DNA of 34,143 nt from contig PS015379.1 of assembly GCA_048213135.1 (NCBI GenBank), forward strand, positions 1 through 34,143. Direction: 5' to 3'. A program made the position numbers and the translations under genes. Position 1 is the stretch's first letter. Each line of letters opens with the position of its first letter. This DNA comes from Reclinomonas americana ATCC 50394 (lineage: Eukaryota). A model generated the notes under the pieces. The model ran no database searches, was not told the origin of the DNA, and worked only from the letters and a program-made list of their open reading frames with translations. This document shows positions 13,262 through 25,114 of this stretch, in pieces.

Positions 13262-13542
13262 GGCGTGGGGAGGGGAATGAGGAACGACGATCGGAAAATT
13301 TGAGACCAGTTTTTCTCTTTTTCTCCTCTGCTATCTTTCCGATGCGTCATGCGATTCACTACAGTGTTTTTTCTCCCATCCTCCAGTACTCCCCCATCCT
13401 GGAGAGAGTCACCGGTGGTTCTTTTTCATCTGCACAAGCACAGGCACCGGTTAGTCATCGACGACGACGGCTGGCAGGCAGTTCTGTTGTGTTTTCGTGC
13501 TCACCTCACTGCAAAGAGAATCGCACGATTCTTTTTCTATCC

Positions 13543-16500
13543 TCAGGCGGCACCCGAGTGAGCGCCCAAGAAGTTGCCAGCGGTGCCCACAGTGGGCGCT
13601 GCTGGTACCTGCGGCTTGCCCATCTCCACGTCGTGGTCGTCCTTCTTCCACGATGGAGCCATGTCCTCGCCATCCACCATCGAGTCAGCACTGCTGCTGC
13701 TCTGGCGGCTGTCGGGGCGGTTGTTGGTAGGGCTGTTCTTGACCCGAGCGGTGGCCTTGCCGCCGGCGGGCAGATCGGTGTTGATGGACTTGACTGGGGA
13801 GCGACGGCGGCGCACCATGATCACCAGGATCACCACCAGCAGGCTGATGACAACCACAATGCCACCGATCACCGGGCCGAGCCACACCCACATCGAGCGA
13901 CCGCTTGATCCTGCACATTCGTGTGGGCGGTGAGACTCAACAACTGAAAAAAAGCCGCGCACGAGAGACACCAACCTGGATTGCCGGCAACCTGCAAGAC
14001 AACCAGTGCACCGGCCTGGCACACAGTGGTAGTCAGCGTCTGGGAGCTGGCGTCGTAGGTGTTGACCTGATCCGTCGACGGGCAACCGCTGGAAGCCGTC
14101 TGCAGATCGCGGAACGAGTAGTCGAGACCGTCGGCATCCAACAGACGAAGCGAACGAGTGCCGTTTCCAGATGCAGCACCAGTGCCGCTGGCAGCACCAG
14201 AGCCGGAGCTGGAGCCAGAGCCACTGCTGGTGGAGTCGGACGACGACGACGACGACGATGTGCCCGAACCAGTCTGGTAGAACAGTCCGAACTTGGCGTT
14301 CGGGTCGGTGATCAGGAAGTAGTCCGACGCTGCACAACCAAACACGTGAGTGAGTGGCAGGAGATTTAACTACATACTCCTCTCACTTGCACGCAACGTT
14401 TGATGACCATGGTCAGGGTCGGAAGATCCGTCGAGTCACCGGTGGCGTTGGCCACCACAATCGACTGCGACGACGAGAGAGGGGTGAGGGCAAGAGAGAA
14501 TGTGACACAGGAGCAAGCCAATACCACTCACATTGTCGCTGCGGTTGGCGATGGCAATCTGCGAGCACTCCGCTCCGACTCGATCCTTGCAGCCAGCGCC
14601 AACCACACCCTTCAGACCATCAATGGCACCGGGCGTACCGTTGGCGTCGGTGCTGCCGAGTGACAGATCGAGCACTTGTTGCTCTACAGGGGAAATGAGT
14701 AAGAAGTGATCGACATGCGCACTGCAAGCACCAACTTTTGAAAACTACGAAACTGTCGATCGTGGGCGCTGGTTGATTGGAATTGTTGTTGCCTGAGCCA
14801 GTGCCGGCGCCGTTGCCGTTGCCAGTGCCGGTGCCATTGCTGCTGCCACCAGTCGATGGAGTGTTGAACAGATTCGCCAAGTTGTTCAGATTGAGGGTGG
14901 CTTCGCGAACGCCCGATGAGTTGCGCAGCTTGGCCGTCACCGCCAACTTGCTCCACGTTCCCAATTGCATCGAGGACCACGGAATGGTCACAGTCTGCTT
15001 GGGCATCACTTCGGTAAAGTCCTTGGTGTCGAACGGAGTCGAGGAGCCATCACTGTCGCAGACATGTGAAGGGTGAGTCCATGTGTACTTGCAGGGTGTC
15101 GACAAATGTAGACGCAACGTGGTGGCCGAGTACGCGTACGCCATGTTGGTGCCGTCTGCAGGCGTGGTGAACTGGAACTTGACGGAGCCCTTGTCGAACA
15201 GCAGGCTGAGACCAGCAGGTTGCGGCGGCACTGGCGTTGAAGAGCCGTGAGCGACAAAATAAATGACCGGGGAGAAGCGAATGCAAACAGGCAGATGACG
15301 CAACAGGCAGTCGAAATCGACGTCCGCAGCTCAAATGGCGTGGTGGACTGCGCCTGCGAGTTGGTGGACCAGATGCGCAGCACGGCGTCGGCGCCAGGGA
15401 TGACCTTGTCGATCAATGTGGACGAAGTGTTGGCACCGTCCACAAAGCGCACACGCTCCACCGCCTGCGTGGTTCCGAGCGTCATCGACAGCGACACCTT
15501 GAAGCCCGTCACAGCAGCACCGCCCGACAGATCGGCCGAAGGCGGTGTCCACCTGCCGATGAACAATTTAGAGGTAATCCACGACCCACAAAGACAAACG
15601 GTAATAGAGTACGCACGAGACGCGAATGCCGTTGCCGTCGGGAGTTAGGAGGCCATTCGTTGGAGCCACTGGAGCCGCAATGGTCTCCGTCGGCGGCTTG
15701 ACATTCACCTGCTTGAAGACGGCTGGCGACTCGATGCCGTCCAGCGTGTACGTCAGCTTCAGGCTCGTCAGCTGGGCATTGTTCATCTTCAACGTGGCGA
15801 CTGCGCATTATGGGGATGAGTGCATGTCCGTGTCATGCCTGCATCGCAGATGGCGATCGTACCTGGCACCGGGCCAACCCACGCAGAGTCGAGCACGTCG
15901 ACGAGGAAACCGTTGGGGCGCGACAGTGAACTGCTGGCGTCGGGAGTGTTAAACGTGGCGGTGAGCGTGGCCTGCGCATTTCCAGCAGCTGCGGCAGTCG
16001 AGTCGGCGGCTGCTGCTGAAGCACTAGTGCCGACCACCAATTTCCACTGCATGTTGGCGGTGTCGGGGTTGGTCTGCATGCCCTGTTGACCGGCGGCGGT
16101 TCCACTACTCGGGCCCTGTTGACCGGCGCCGGCGGCGGTTCCACCACCCGGGAAAATCACTTGAATGATGGTGTGGCCGGCGCGAGAACCCTGCACATTA
16201 TGTTTGTTGTGAGACGCACATTGACAAGAATGAGGCATTATGAAGCGTGTGACACTCACGTCAGAAAAGGCGACATCTTGCGGCTGGCTCAGACCCGGAA
16301 TAATGATATCCGCCACGGTCACACTCTGGCTCTTCAGTGATCCGTTCAACGCGGTGATCTTGATTTCCGTGATCTTGCGTTGGTCCAGCGACTGTTGCAC
16401 AGTTTCGCGTTAGTGTTGATTGCAGAGAAAGAAATAGTCGCTGCACGTGATGGCGTACCGGAGCAAAAGGTGTCGATTCGTAAAACGATGCATTGCTGAC

Positions 16501-19500
16501 CATGACGGTCTGCGCTGTCCCTCCGAACTGGCGGAACGACAGGCTGAAATCACTCGGCGCCACTCCAGCGTCCGAGCTTTGCGGAACTGTCCACTCAATG
16601 CTGCAATTGCCGCACAAGATTAGCATAACGCTGGCGACGCGCAGAGGCAGGAATTGTGTGCACTTACCGGAATTTGCGGAAACCCACCGCGAATCCGCGA
16701 ATCGAGCCCTCCGGCGGCTTGGCGACATCACCATTGACCTGGAAGAAACCGCCCTGCACGTCGACAACCGCGGGGTCGGTGGCGCCAGTGCGGTAGCACA
16801 GTCGGAACTGGCCAGAGTCGGCAGCCGAGTACGACAGGTTGGCGACACCGTCGGTCGCCGAGATGATGTTCATCGTGCCCGGATTGACGCCGGACGGTGC
16901 GGACGCGGTGGGCGTGCACTGAGCCGTGTTGGCGATAATAATGAACGAGCCGCTGACGCTGGACTCGGTCTGGAAGACATTTGACCTGATGGTGATCTTG
17001 TCGGTGACCGACTTGGCGGCAAACGACTGCCTCGACAAGCTGGTGAATTGAGCTGCAGGTGTGGCAAACGTGGTGAATGAGTCGCAGATTTGGCGGATGG
17101 GAAAAAAGTGAGAAACAGCGACGCACCGACGTCCGTCGGGAGCATCGTGAGATCCTCGTAGCGGTCCGAGCCAATGTACTGTTGCGTCACATTGCGTCAG
17201 AAGTGCGGTTGCTGGAGAACATGTCGAGTGTGTGTAAACTTGCCTTGATGCAGAGACGGAAGTTGCGCGAGACTGGCAGCGTCGAGGTGATGCCCACGTA
17301 CATGAAGGTGGCAGAAATGGTGCCCACAGTCACAGTAACATTGGGAGAGGCCACAGGATCCGTCACCTGAGGCAGCAGGGTTAGCACAGGAAATGAGACA
17401 TGCGAAAAGGGAGTGACGGCAAATGAGACCTGGCCATTCACGAGCGGCTGGCAGTTGCCACCATCCACGGCGGTGACAACATCTTGCGCGTGGAATCCCG
17501 CCGCGACGATCTTGACCGACACTGGAATTCCACGGGGAACCGGCATCGGTTGCGACTGCGAGGGAGGAGTGGCAAAAGCGTCAGCATATATAAGCAATCC
17601 ACAGCGTGGGTAGTCGTGTTGGTGACAGGCGCAACTGCTGAGCCAGGAGGGTTTGCAAAGACAATGAAATCGCTGATGGCGGTATAGGCGGCGTCTCCGG
17701 GGCGCTTCAAGCAGAACTTGAAATCTAGAGGAAGGAGGAATAATGTCAACAGAACGGCCGGCAACCAACGCAATTCATGTGGCGCACGCAACATCCTCGT
17801 GCAGAGGCCACCACGGTCACTGTGATGACGTCGGTTGCATCCGCCGTGGGAGCACCCGGTGTACCCAGCGTGATGGTTGCGTGCGTGGTGCTTCCGCATG
17901 TTGCCGTGCGCGGTACCAAAGTGAGACTGAATGACGCATTCGTCGCTGAGATAGCGATATTTGTGCCCTTGATGGTCACGGTAGTGACTGCCGCGCCAAC
18001 AAACATTTGCGTCGGTTGCACCGGTCCTTGGCCGTTGGCGCCGCCGGCATTGCCACCACCACCGACTGTACCCGCCATCAAGATGCCCAAGGAGTTGTAG
18101 CGAGCGCGAGTTCCGTCTGCGTATTGCACGCAGGCCTTGTAGTTGGCGCGTGCAGCCGAGTCCGCCACCGTCAGTGTGCCAGTCAAGTACGCTTCGCCGC
18201 CGCCATTGGGAGTGACAGCCGAAAGCTGACCGAGAGTAACACCGGTGGAAGAGGTGCCGGTGCAGGCGCCGTCACCAGTCTCGAAACTAAAGGACTGTGC
18301 AGTGCGAGGGTATGAGCACTCTCACTTGTGGAGGAATCAAGTGGACACATGAAGCACATAGACGCAACATCGCCAGTGGTCATGGTGATACCGCGAATCT
18401 GAATGTCGGTCGTACCCGTCACCTTGTCCGGCACCACGCCACACGGTGCGTGCAACAGCTTGGAGCCACCAATCTCAATCGTGCGGATACGCTGCGATAG
18501 TAGTGAGCTTTTCTTCAAAACGATCCTTGCCTATTAGCACGCAACATTGTTGGCAGAGTCCATCACCACGTACACGTTTTCGGGGCTATTGGGATCGCCA
18601 GTCGGCAGCGAAATCGCAATCGCGTGCGACGGCGCGTTGAACTGCGCCACATTCAGGAAGCCATCCTTGAAAGCCGCAGTCGCCGCTGCGCCGTTCTGCG
18701 CCGGAGGCGCACCAGCCAGCGTGTCGGCGGAGCCGTCGGCCAGCTTCACCGTGCGAATCACGTTGTTGCCCTGTGCATGGGGAGCGAGGGATGAGGCTCA
18801 CATTGTTTCCCTGCAGATGTGTTCGTGTCTCGGTGTCGCGTACCTTGTCGGCCACCACCAACAATCCCTTCTCCGGGTCGGCGTGCAGCGACGCTGGAGA
18901 TCGGAAGCGCGCATTGGCTGTCACGCCATTGGCGTAGCCAGCGGTAGCCGCCGTCGGTCCGCTGAACAGCTCCACAGCCTGATCGGTAGCACGCAAAATG
19001 GCGTGGTTTCCTGGTAGGTAGCAAGCGAGCATCATGTCAGTCGGCAACGTACCATTCGACCATACGCACATCACCAAACGCACCAGTGTCTGAAATGTAA
19101 ATGTATGCGGTGCCGCTCACAATGGCAGCCACCACACCTGTCGGACCGTTCAGCTTCGTGGCCGCAGGCTGCAGGGAGCGAAAGCGTACAAGTCAGTCTG
19201 CCATTCTCTCTCTGTTCCACCAGACTGGTCTGCACTGTTGTCGCTCACCGCTGCGCGATTGAGGCCCGAAGTGCCGTCACCAATGGTCAAGGTCGGCGCC
19301 CACGTGTCGCCCGACGTGTTGTTCAGGACGTACACCCTGTGACACGCATCGGGTCGGTAAGGCTGCACCGTAAACCTCGATACCGCATCATCCGTGCACG
19401 CAACTTGTTGTTGCCAGTGTCGGCCACCACCAGGCGACCCGAGCCGCCGAACGCGTTGAAGGCCATGAAGAAGATGCCAGTCGGGTTGTTCAGCGTGATG

Positions 19501-22500
19501 CCCGTCAACGACAAGACCGCCACCGCACCGCTGTGAAAGTGGTGAGCAGCAACAGCAAAAGCGTGAGAATAGTGCGGTACACTGCAACGGCGTGGTGAAT
19601 CCGTGAGCTTACCCGTTGCGGTTGAAGCGAATGATTTGGTTGTTGCCGCTGTCGGTGACGAAGAAATTGCTAGAGGCCGGATCGTACTGCGCAGCGAAGA
19701 GTGAGGCACTGTGCCAAATAAATCATAGATGGTGGTGGCGTCACACGGCTCACCGTGATACCCGTCGGCGTGTTGAGGCGCGACACGCCGGGCTGGCCTT
19801 GCACGTTACCGGAGGTGCCACCCAGACCCACCACGACCGTCGACACACCATTGTCGCCGGCAATGGTCTTGCGCACAACGTGGTTGCCCGAGTCCACTCC
19901 GTACACTGCAACAAGGAAACGGATGGTGTTTAGAGAAGCGGCGAGAGAGAGAGAGAAGAAAACAGAGGCCACGTGTGTGTGTGTGTGCACGCACATTCGT
20001 TGGTGCCGGGGACCCAGGCCATGCCAGTCGGCGAGTTGAATTGCTGCGTCGGGCAGGCACCAGAACTGCAGCGTGTGCCATGTACAGTGAGCATTGGTGG
20101 TTCGGGCCGACGTGGTAAATGAGGTGACGCGCAACATGGAGAATCCCTGCGTGCCAGTGCCGCACACGGTGCGCACACCGCGTGAATTCTTCAACGAGAT
20201 CATCTTCTGGAACATGTTGCCGGTGGCGTCGCGGACCGTCAAGTTGAGCGACAGATTGGCGCTGCCGCACTGCATCGGCGTTCCGTTGCACGGTCCCTGA
20301 GTGGTGGGGAACACCTGGGCGTTGCAGTTGAGCTGCAGCATGTTGTTGTTGTAGATGTGGAACATGTCGGCGTTGGGTCCGCCAGTGATCGCAAAGGTGA
20401 ATGTGTCGTTGGGGTCGGGATCGGTGGCCGTGAGAACACCGACAAGGGCGCCCGGGGCAGGCGGGTAGAAGATGGTGTCGAGCTTGATGTCAGTCGGCGC
20501 GCCACCATTGAGTGACAGGATGGCAGCCTGGATCCAGTTGCCTGCGCCGCCAAAGCGCACGCAGAGGCGGAACTGGCCAAACGAAAGAGTCGCACCGGCA
20601 GCAATCGTCGGGGTGAAAATGACGCGGCCGGGCTTGTTGACGTCCTCCGACGGTGTGTTGATAGAAAGGCCAGTGGCATTGGTACCAGCACAGGCCTGGC
20701 TTGAACCCTCGATAGTCACCTCGGTGGAGGCAGCCACGAGCGATGCGCCGAACAGGGACATGGCGGTGCCGGAGACAATGTTCTGAGAAAGAAGGGTGAG
20801 CAAAACAAGTGTGCGGAAGAAGTGGAACACAGTGCCGCGTGCCACACACGCAACAGGAGGTTCGACTCCGCAAGCCACCGTGTTGCCATTGGGTGCAATC
20901 GTGTCCAGCACGCGCACCAGGCGACTGTCCTTTTCGACAAAGAAGATGATAGTACGACCGCTGATGGGACCGGTGGTGAGCGTCAAGCCCGCGGGTCCCT
21001 GCATTTGCGCAAACAGCGGCGCGCCATCGCGGTTGCCAGCGACACTGCCGCCGGCCAAGGTGGACACCTGACCATTCGAAATCTTGCGAAGGCGATTGTT
21101 GCCCTACACGTCACAACAAAGAGGAATGCATGAGTGGCACATGCACAAGCACACAGCGAGATTGTGACAGCTTGCTTACCGGATCGGAGACGTAGAGGAC
21201 CGTATTGTTGTTGACGGTCTCGGCCGCAATGTTCGCCGGCGAGGCAAACTTGGCGCTACCCGTGGCTCCGTCGACGAATCCCGAGGTGCCGACACCGGCG
21301 ACCTTGGCCGTGTTGGTGCCGTCAAACGACAGGACTTGATGGTTCAGCGAGTCCACAATGTACAGCGTCGTGCCGAGGAATGTCACGCCACGCAGGCTGT
21401 TGAAGCGGGTGGTGGTGGCGTCGCCCTGCACGCTGCCGCTCGTGCCGCTCAGACCGATTTCGCCATTGGTCACCACGGCCCACGTGGTGGTGTCGACAAT
21501 GAGCAGACGGTGGTTGCCCGTGTCGGCAATAGCCAGTCGGTTGGTGCCGCCCATAAACGTGATGGTGCCACTCAAGGCCAGACCGGAGGGGGCGCTGAGA
21601 CCTTGACCACTGGCACCGGTGATGGTGATCGCGGTGGCGTTGCCACCAGCACGCGGCACACGAAGAATGCGGTTGTTGGCCGTGTCGGCAATGTACACCT
21701 CATTGGTGGCCGTGTTGTAAGCCAGTCCACCAGGCGACGACAACTGGCTGGCGCCAGAGCCCGAGGTGCCGGCCGACCCGAAGAAGACGGGGTAGTCTGC
21801 AGCAAAAAAAATTAGAAGATGAGATAAGGGCGGAAGAAAGGGAGGAGTGGGAGAGGCTGGCATGGTGCTAACCGCCGGTGCCAGCCGTGTTGACGCGAAC
21901 AACGTGGTTGCCGGTGTCGGCCACCCAGCACTTCTTGCTGTGGTAATTCGAAAGAGTACATGAGTGCATGACAGGGGAGAGGAAGGAGAAAGGGCGAGGG
22001 AGAGAAGAAGAAGAAGAAAAGGAGAGAGAAGAAGGAAAGGAAGAGGGCGAGAGAAAAGAAAGAAGCGAGAGAGAGAGAAGAAAAAGAAGAGGGCGAGAGA
22101 GAAGGAAAAGTGAGCGAGAGAGAAGACAGAGAAGAAGGTGAGAGAACAGATAAAGTAGAGGGTGAAAGAGAAGGGGAAATGAGCGAGAGAAGAAAGAGAA
22201 GAGGACAAGAGAGAGAGAAGACAGAGAAGAGGGCGAGAGAGAGAGAAGAAGAAGAGAAGGAGAGGGAGAAGAATAATAAGAGGATGAGAGAAAGGTGAGA
22301 GAAGTGGGCGAGAGAGAGAGAGAAGACATAGAAGAGGACAAGAGGGAAAGAAGAAAACGAAGAGGGCGAGAGAGGAGAAAAAGAAAGACGAGAGAAAAGA
22401 AAGAGAAGAGGGCTAGAGAGAAGAATAAATGAGAGTGAGAGAGAGAAGTAGAACAGGGAGAACGTGAACTGAGAGGGGAGACTAATCAACTAGTTAGTCT

Positions 22501-23423
22501 TTGAAGTCAGGAACGTGTTCTGGAGGAGTGAGGATTGAGGGAGAAGAGTATCGAGACATTGCGAACACTCGATATCAAAGATCATGCGATGAAGAAGGCG
22601 TTCGCGTGCGCAACTTATCGCCCTGCGTGTTGCAGACAACATCGGTGGGATTGTTGAAAATTACATTCGGCGGGCGGCCGGCCAGCGACCACAGTGCACC
22701 ACCTGCAACAAGGAAAGTGAGCAAGCAGAGGCGTTGAGCGCCAAGAAGTAACGGGCACGTGCGCACCATTGGCCAGCGTGAACTGCTTGGTGAAGGTGTT
22801 GCTCATGCTGTCGGTGGTGGTAATCGAGATGTTGAGATCGCTGCACCGTTAATGGCACACGCGTTAGTGAGTACCGCATATAACCTCCCACAGACAAGTG
22901 CCAAAACGACTCACCGGGTGATCGGCGGCTGCGGCGGATTGGGCGGACTCGGGGCCATGTACGGCATCACCGGCGTGCTGCACTTGAGCGCCAAGTTGTT
23001 GCCTTTGATCTCAAACAGGGCGGCATCGGCGCCGGAGAGCGTGTAGGTGAAGGTATCGTTCTGATCTGCACAGCAGGAAGCGTTTTCGGAAGAAACGCAT
23101 TGGTATTTGACCGTTTTTTTAACGAAGCAACGGTTGTTGCCGTAGTCATCGGAAATGCACACCGGCACTCACCTGCGTCTGTCGAAGACAGTTGACCGAC
23201 CGTCATGCCTCCAAAGGGGGGGTACACGGTCGACGAGAGCGCAATGTCGGTCGGACTGGCCGCTTCGCGCACAACAACAAATCAGTGTCAGAGAGCATAC
23301 AGAACGGGACGACTGACTTTGGCGACGAGAGAAAGTGTATCATCGTCACTCACCAAGTGCCAGTAGCGCGTGCATCATGACCAGCAGTGCAAAGACTGCT
23401 GTCGCGTGACGAATGCCCGTCAT
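13543..23423 (-). CDS. Very large type-I single-pass surface protein: signal peptide, 2x (cadherin-like + NHL propeller), 5 Cys-paired IPT/Ig-like repeats, several FN3-like domains, TM helix, Ser-rich cytoplasmic tail
   Basis: About 35 exons join in frame from ATG 23423 (MTGIRHATAVFALLVMMHALLAL, signal-peptide-like) to TGA 13543. Cadherin-like: PTDIALS..VGQLSSTDADQNDTFTYTLSG..FEI and PTDIKLD..VGVLTATDPDPNDTFTFAI. NHL: VYIADTANNRILRV, IADTGNHRLL, GFVDGATGSAKFASP, DSANNRIR. FN3: IRVSWTPPS..AVTGFKV and IEWTVPQS. TM: WVWLGPVIGGIVVVISLLVVILVIMV followed by RRRR. A few junctions (near 17635, 15304 and 14734) have alternative placements. Confidence 0.88.
17179..17243 (-). other. GC-AG intron in the surface-protein gene
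   Basis: AAG|gcaagt...caacag|TAC joins FRLCIK to YIGSDRY in phase. The neighbouring GT (A|gtttac) gives no in-frame join with either nearby AG that I tested. Confidence 0.75.
21960..22480. repeat. GA-rich (CT-rich on the transcribed strand) low-complexity tract inside the long intron 21938-22614
   Basis: Nearly pure purine tract with recurring gagggcgagagaga and gaagaa units. Confidence 0.9.
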
Positions 23424-24006
23424 CTTGTTGCTCAGAGAGTGACGACGAGAGGGAAAGAGAGAAAGAGAGGTACTTGCTGGACAAACACACACTCAGATCA
23501 ATGTCAGAGGTGGATGTGCTTCTATGTGTGTGTGCGGGTGTGTGTGCGCGCGAGTGCGCGTGTATGTGTGCGTGCGTGAAGGGTGTGAGGGAGGAGATCT
23601 GCGCTCTCGGGCACGTGCAAAACAAATTGTATTGGTGTGAACCGTCTGAATCTAATTTGCCTGACGGTTGGAGATCGGAAATATTTTTCGATGAGGCATG
23701 TGCACGGTGACGATGGTGTGATGGACACGTCGCTTCTGAGATGCATATCGCCATCGTTTGCAGCGGTGTGATTTCGAATGTAATGTTCGACAGAAATATC
23801 GAAGACCCTAAATAAACTGGACAACCGGACGTCGATGGCAGCTCGTGCTCTCCTCAGCCTCTTCGCCTGCATCTTCTCGTTGACGCGAGCTCAATTTGCT
23901 GAGCAGTCTGTCAAAGCGGTTTTGTCGAGGATATCGAAATGCAATCATCGATATTCCGCGCAACATATCGAACACTCGGAGCGTCATGAAGCGCTGAAGA
24001 CTGACT

Positions 24007-24203
24007 TCATTCTTCCATCGCGAGGTCAGGCATGTCGACGTTGATTGTCGCACTCGCTGCAATGTCGCTCTCCGACGACGACGTGACGACTTGACCCTGA
24101 CGAGATGCGCGTCGCCCACCAGCTCCTCCTTGTTGCGAATCGCGAACCCACTTGGGATGGTACACCTCAGTCTGTGCGTGCGCGATGATGATGATGATGA
24201 TGA

Positions 24204-24235
<32 letters not shown>

Positions 24236-24924
24236 GCAACCGAAGTGAGGCGCAATGTGTTGACAGTTGACCGAAGAACAGATTTCCGACCGCAGCGGCT
24301 CACCAGCAGCCTGAATAGCAGGTTGATGTACGACACGCTGGTGATTCCAGCCAAAACTGCCACACCTGGCGGCTGACACTGAGCGGCCAGCTGTGTGGAC
24401 TGCACGGCGACAGTGCAGAACTGCAGGATGGCGACTGCCCAGTTTGCATGAACCGTCAGCGGTGCGACACCCTATTGTATGAAAGGAGGATCCGGCCTTC
24501 CGGTCAGTCTCGACGGGAAAACAAGGAGAGGGAGATGGGGAGAGAGGGAGAGGGAGATGGAGAGAGAGAGAGAGAGACACAGCGAGAGGCGCACCTTTCG
24601 ACGATTGTAGTGACCGAGCAGGTACTCGTCGGCGGCGAGACGCTGACGATCGAACATTTCCTCACTGCTGCTGCCGCTCGTGTTCTTGTTGTTGCACCAC
24701 AGACACCACCAAAATCGCACCCACTTGCGGAACAGCCACACCAACAGCACGGAGGAGACGCACGTGAGAAGGAGGTTGACGGCACCGCCGCACAGTCTCC
24801 ACGCGAGAGGGTGAGTGGCCACTCGGTAGATGTTGTACACAAAGATCCCCGACTGTGTGCAACCGAGAAACAAGTGGAAGCCGTGCAACGCCGCGGCAAT
24901 GGCGAAACGGCGGCTCGTGTGCAT
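24007..24924 (-). CDS. Hypothetical multi-pass membrane protein, about 220 aa, 3 exons
   Basis: Exons 24924-24595, 24471-24304 and 24171-24007 join in phase 0 (AAG|gtgcgc...aatag|GGT; CTG|gtgagc...cacag|ACT). There are about four hydrophobic segments (FAIAAALHGFHLFLGC.., AVNLLLTCVSSVLLVWLF, WAVAILQFCTVAV, VAVLAGITSVSYINLLF). No family recognised; the start is uncertain. Confidence 0.6.
24185..24226. repeat. Compound (ATG)n(TG)n microsatellite in an intron
   Basis: Seen directly in the sequence. Confidence 0.9.
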
Positions 24925-25114
24925 CGGCACATGGGAGTCGCAGGGTGTGTGTGGTATGTGTGTGTGCTCTGCTGGGGGAACGAGGACGGGAGGAAGAAGA
25001 AAAAGATTCTTCTGTACGGCGGGAAAGGGGGGAAAGGGGCAAAGGGGGGAAGGGGAAATGGGGGAATGGGGAAGGGGAGAGGGCGAGGGACGAAGGGGTA
25101 GAGGGAGAAAGTAA

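Noticed and set aside
15233-15304. Possible non-AG (CG) acceptor at ...ctcacg| near 15246
   Set aside because: A canonical ccag|TG acceptor a few codons further on gives the same frame, so no exotic site is needed.
18492-18545. Reading the GTTGCG sites as non-canonical G|TT donors
   Set aside because: This would need a matching +1 shift past the AG and would turn the NHL motif DSANNRIR into DSANNGIR. The GT-AG reading fits better.
21812-22489. Hydrophobic Leu/Ser/Phe ORFs resembling membrane proteins
   Set aside because: They are translations of the intronic CT tract.
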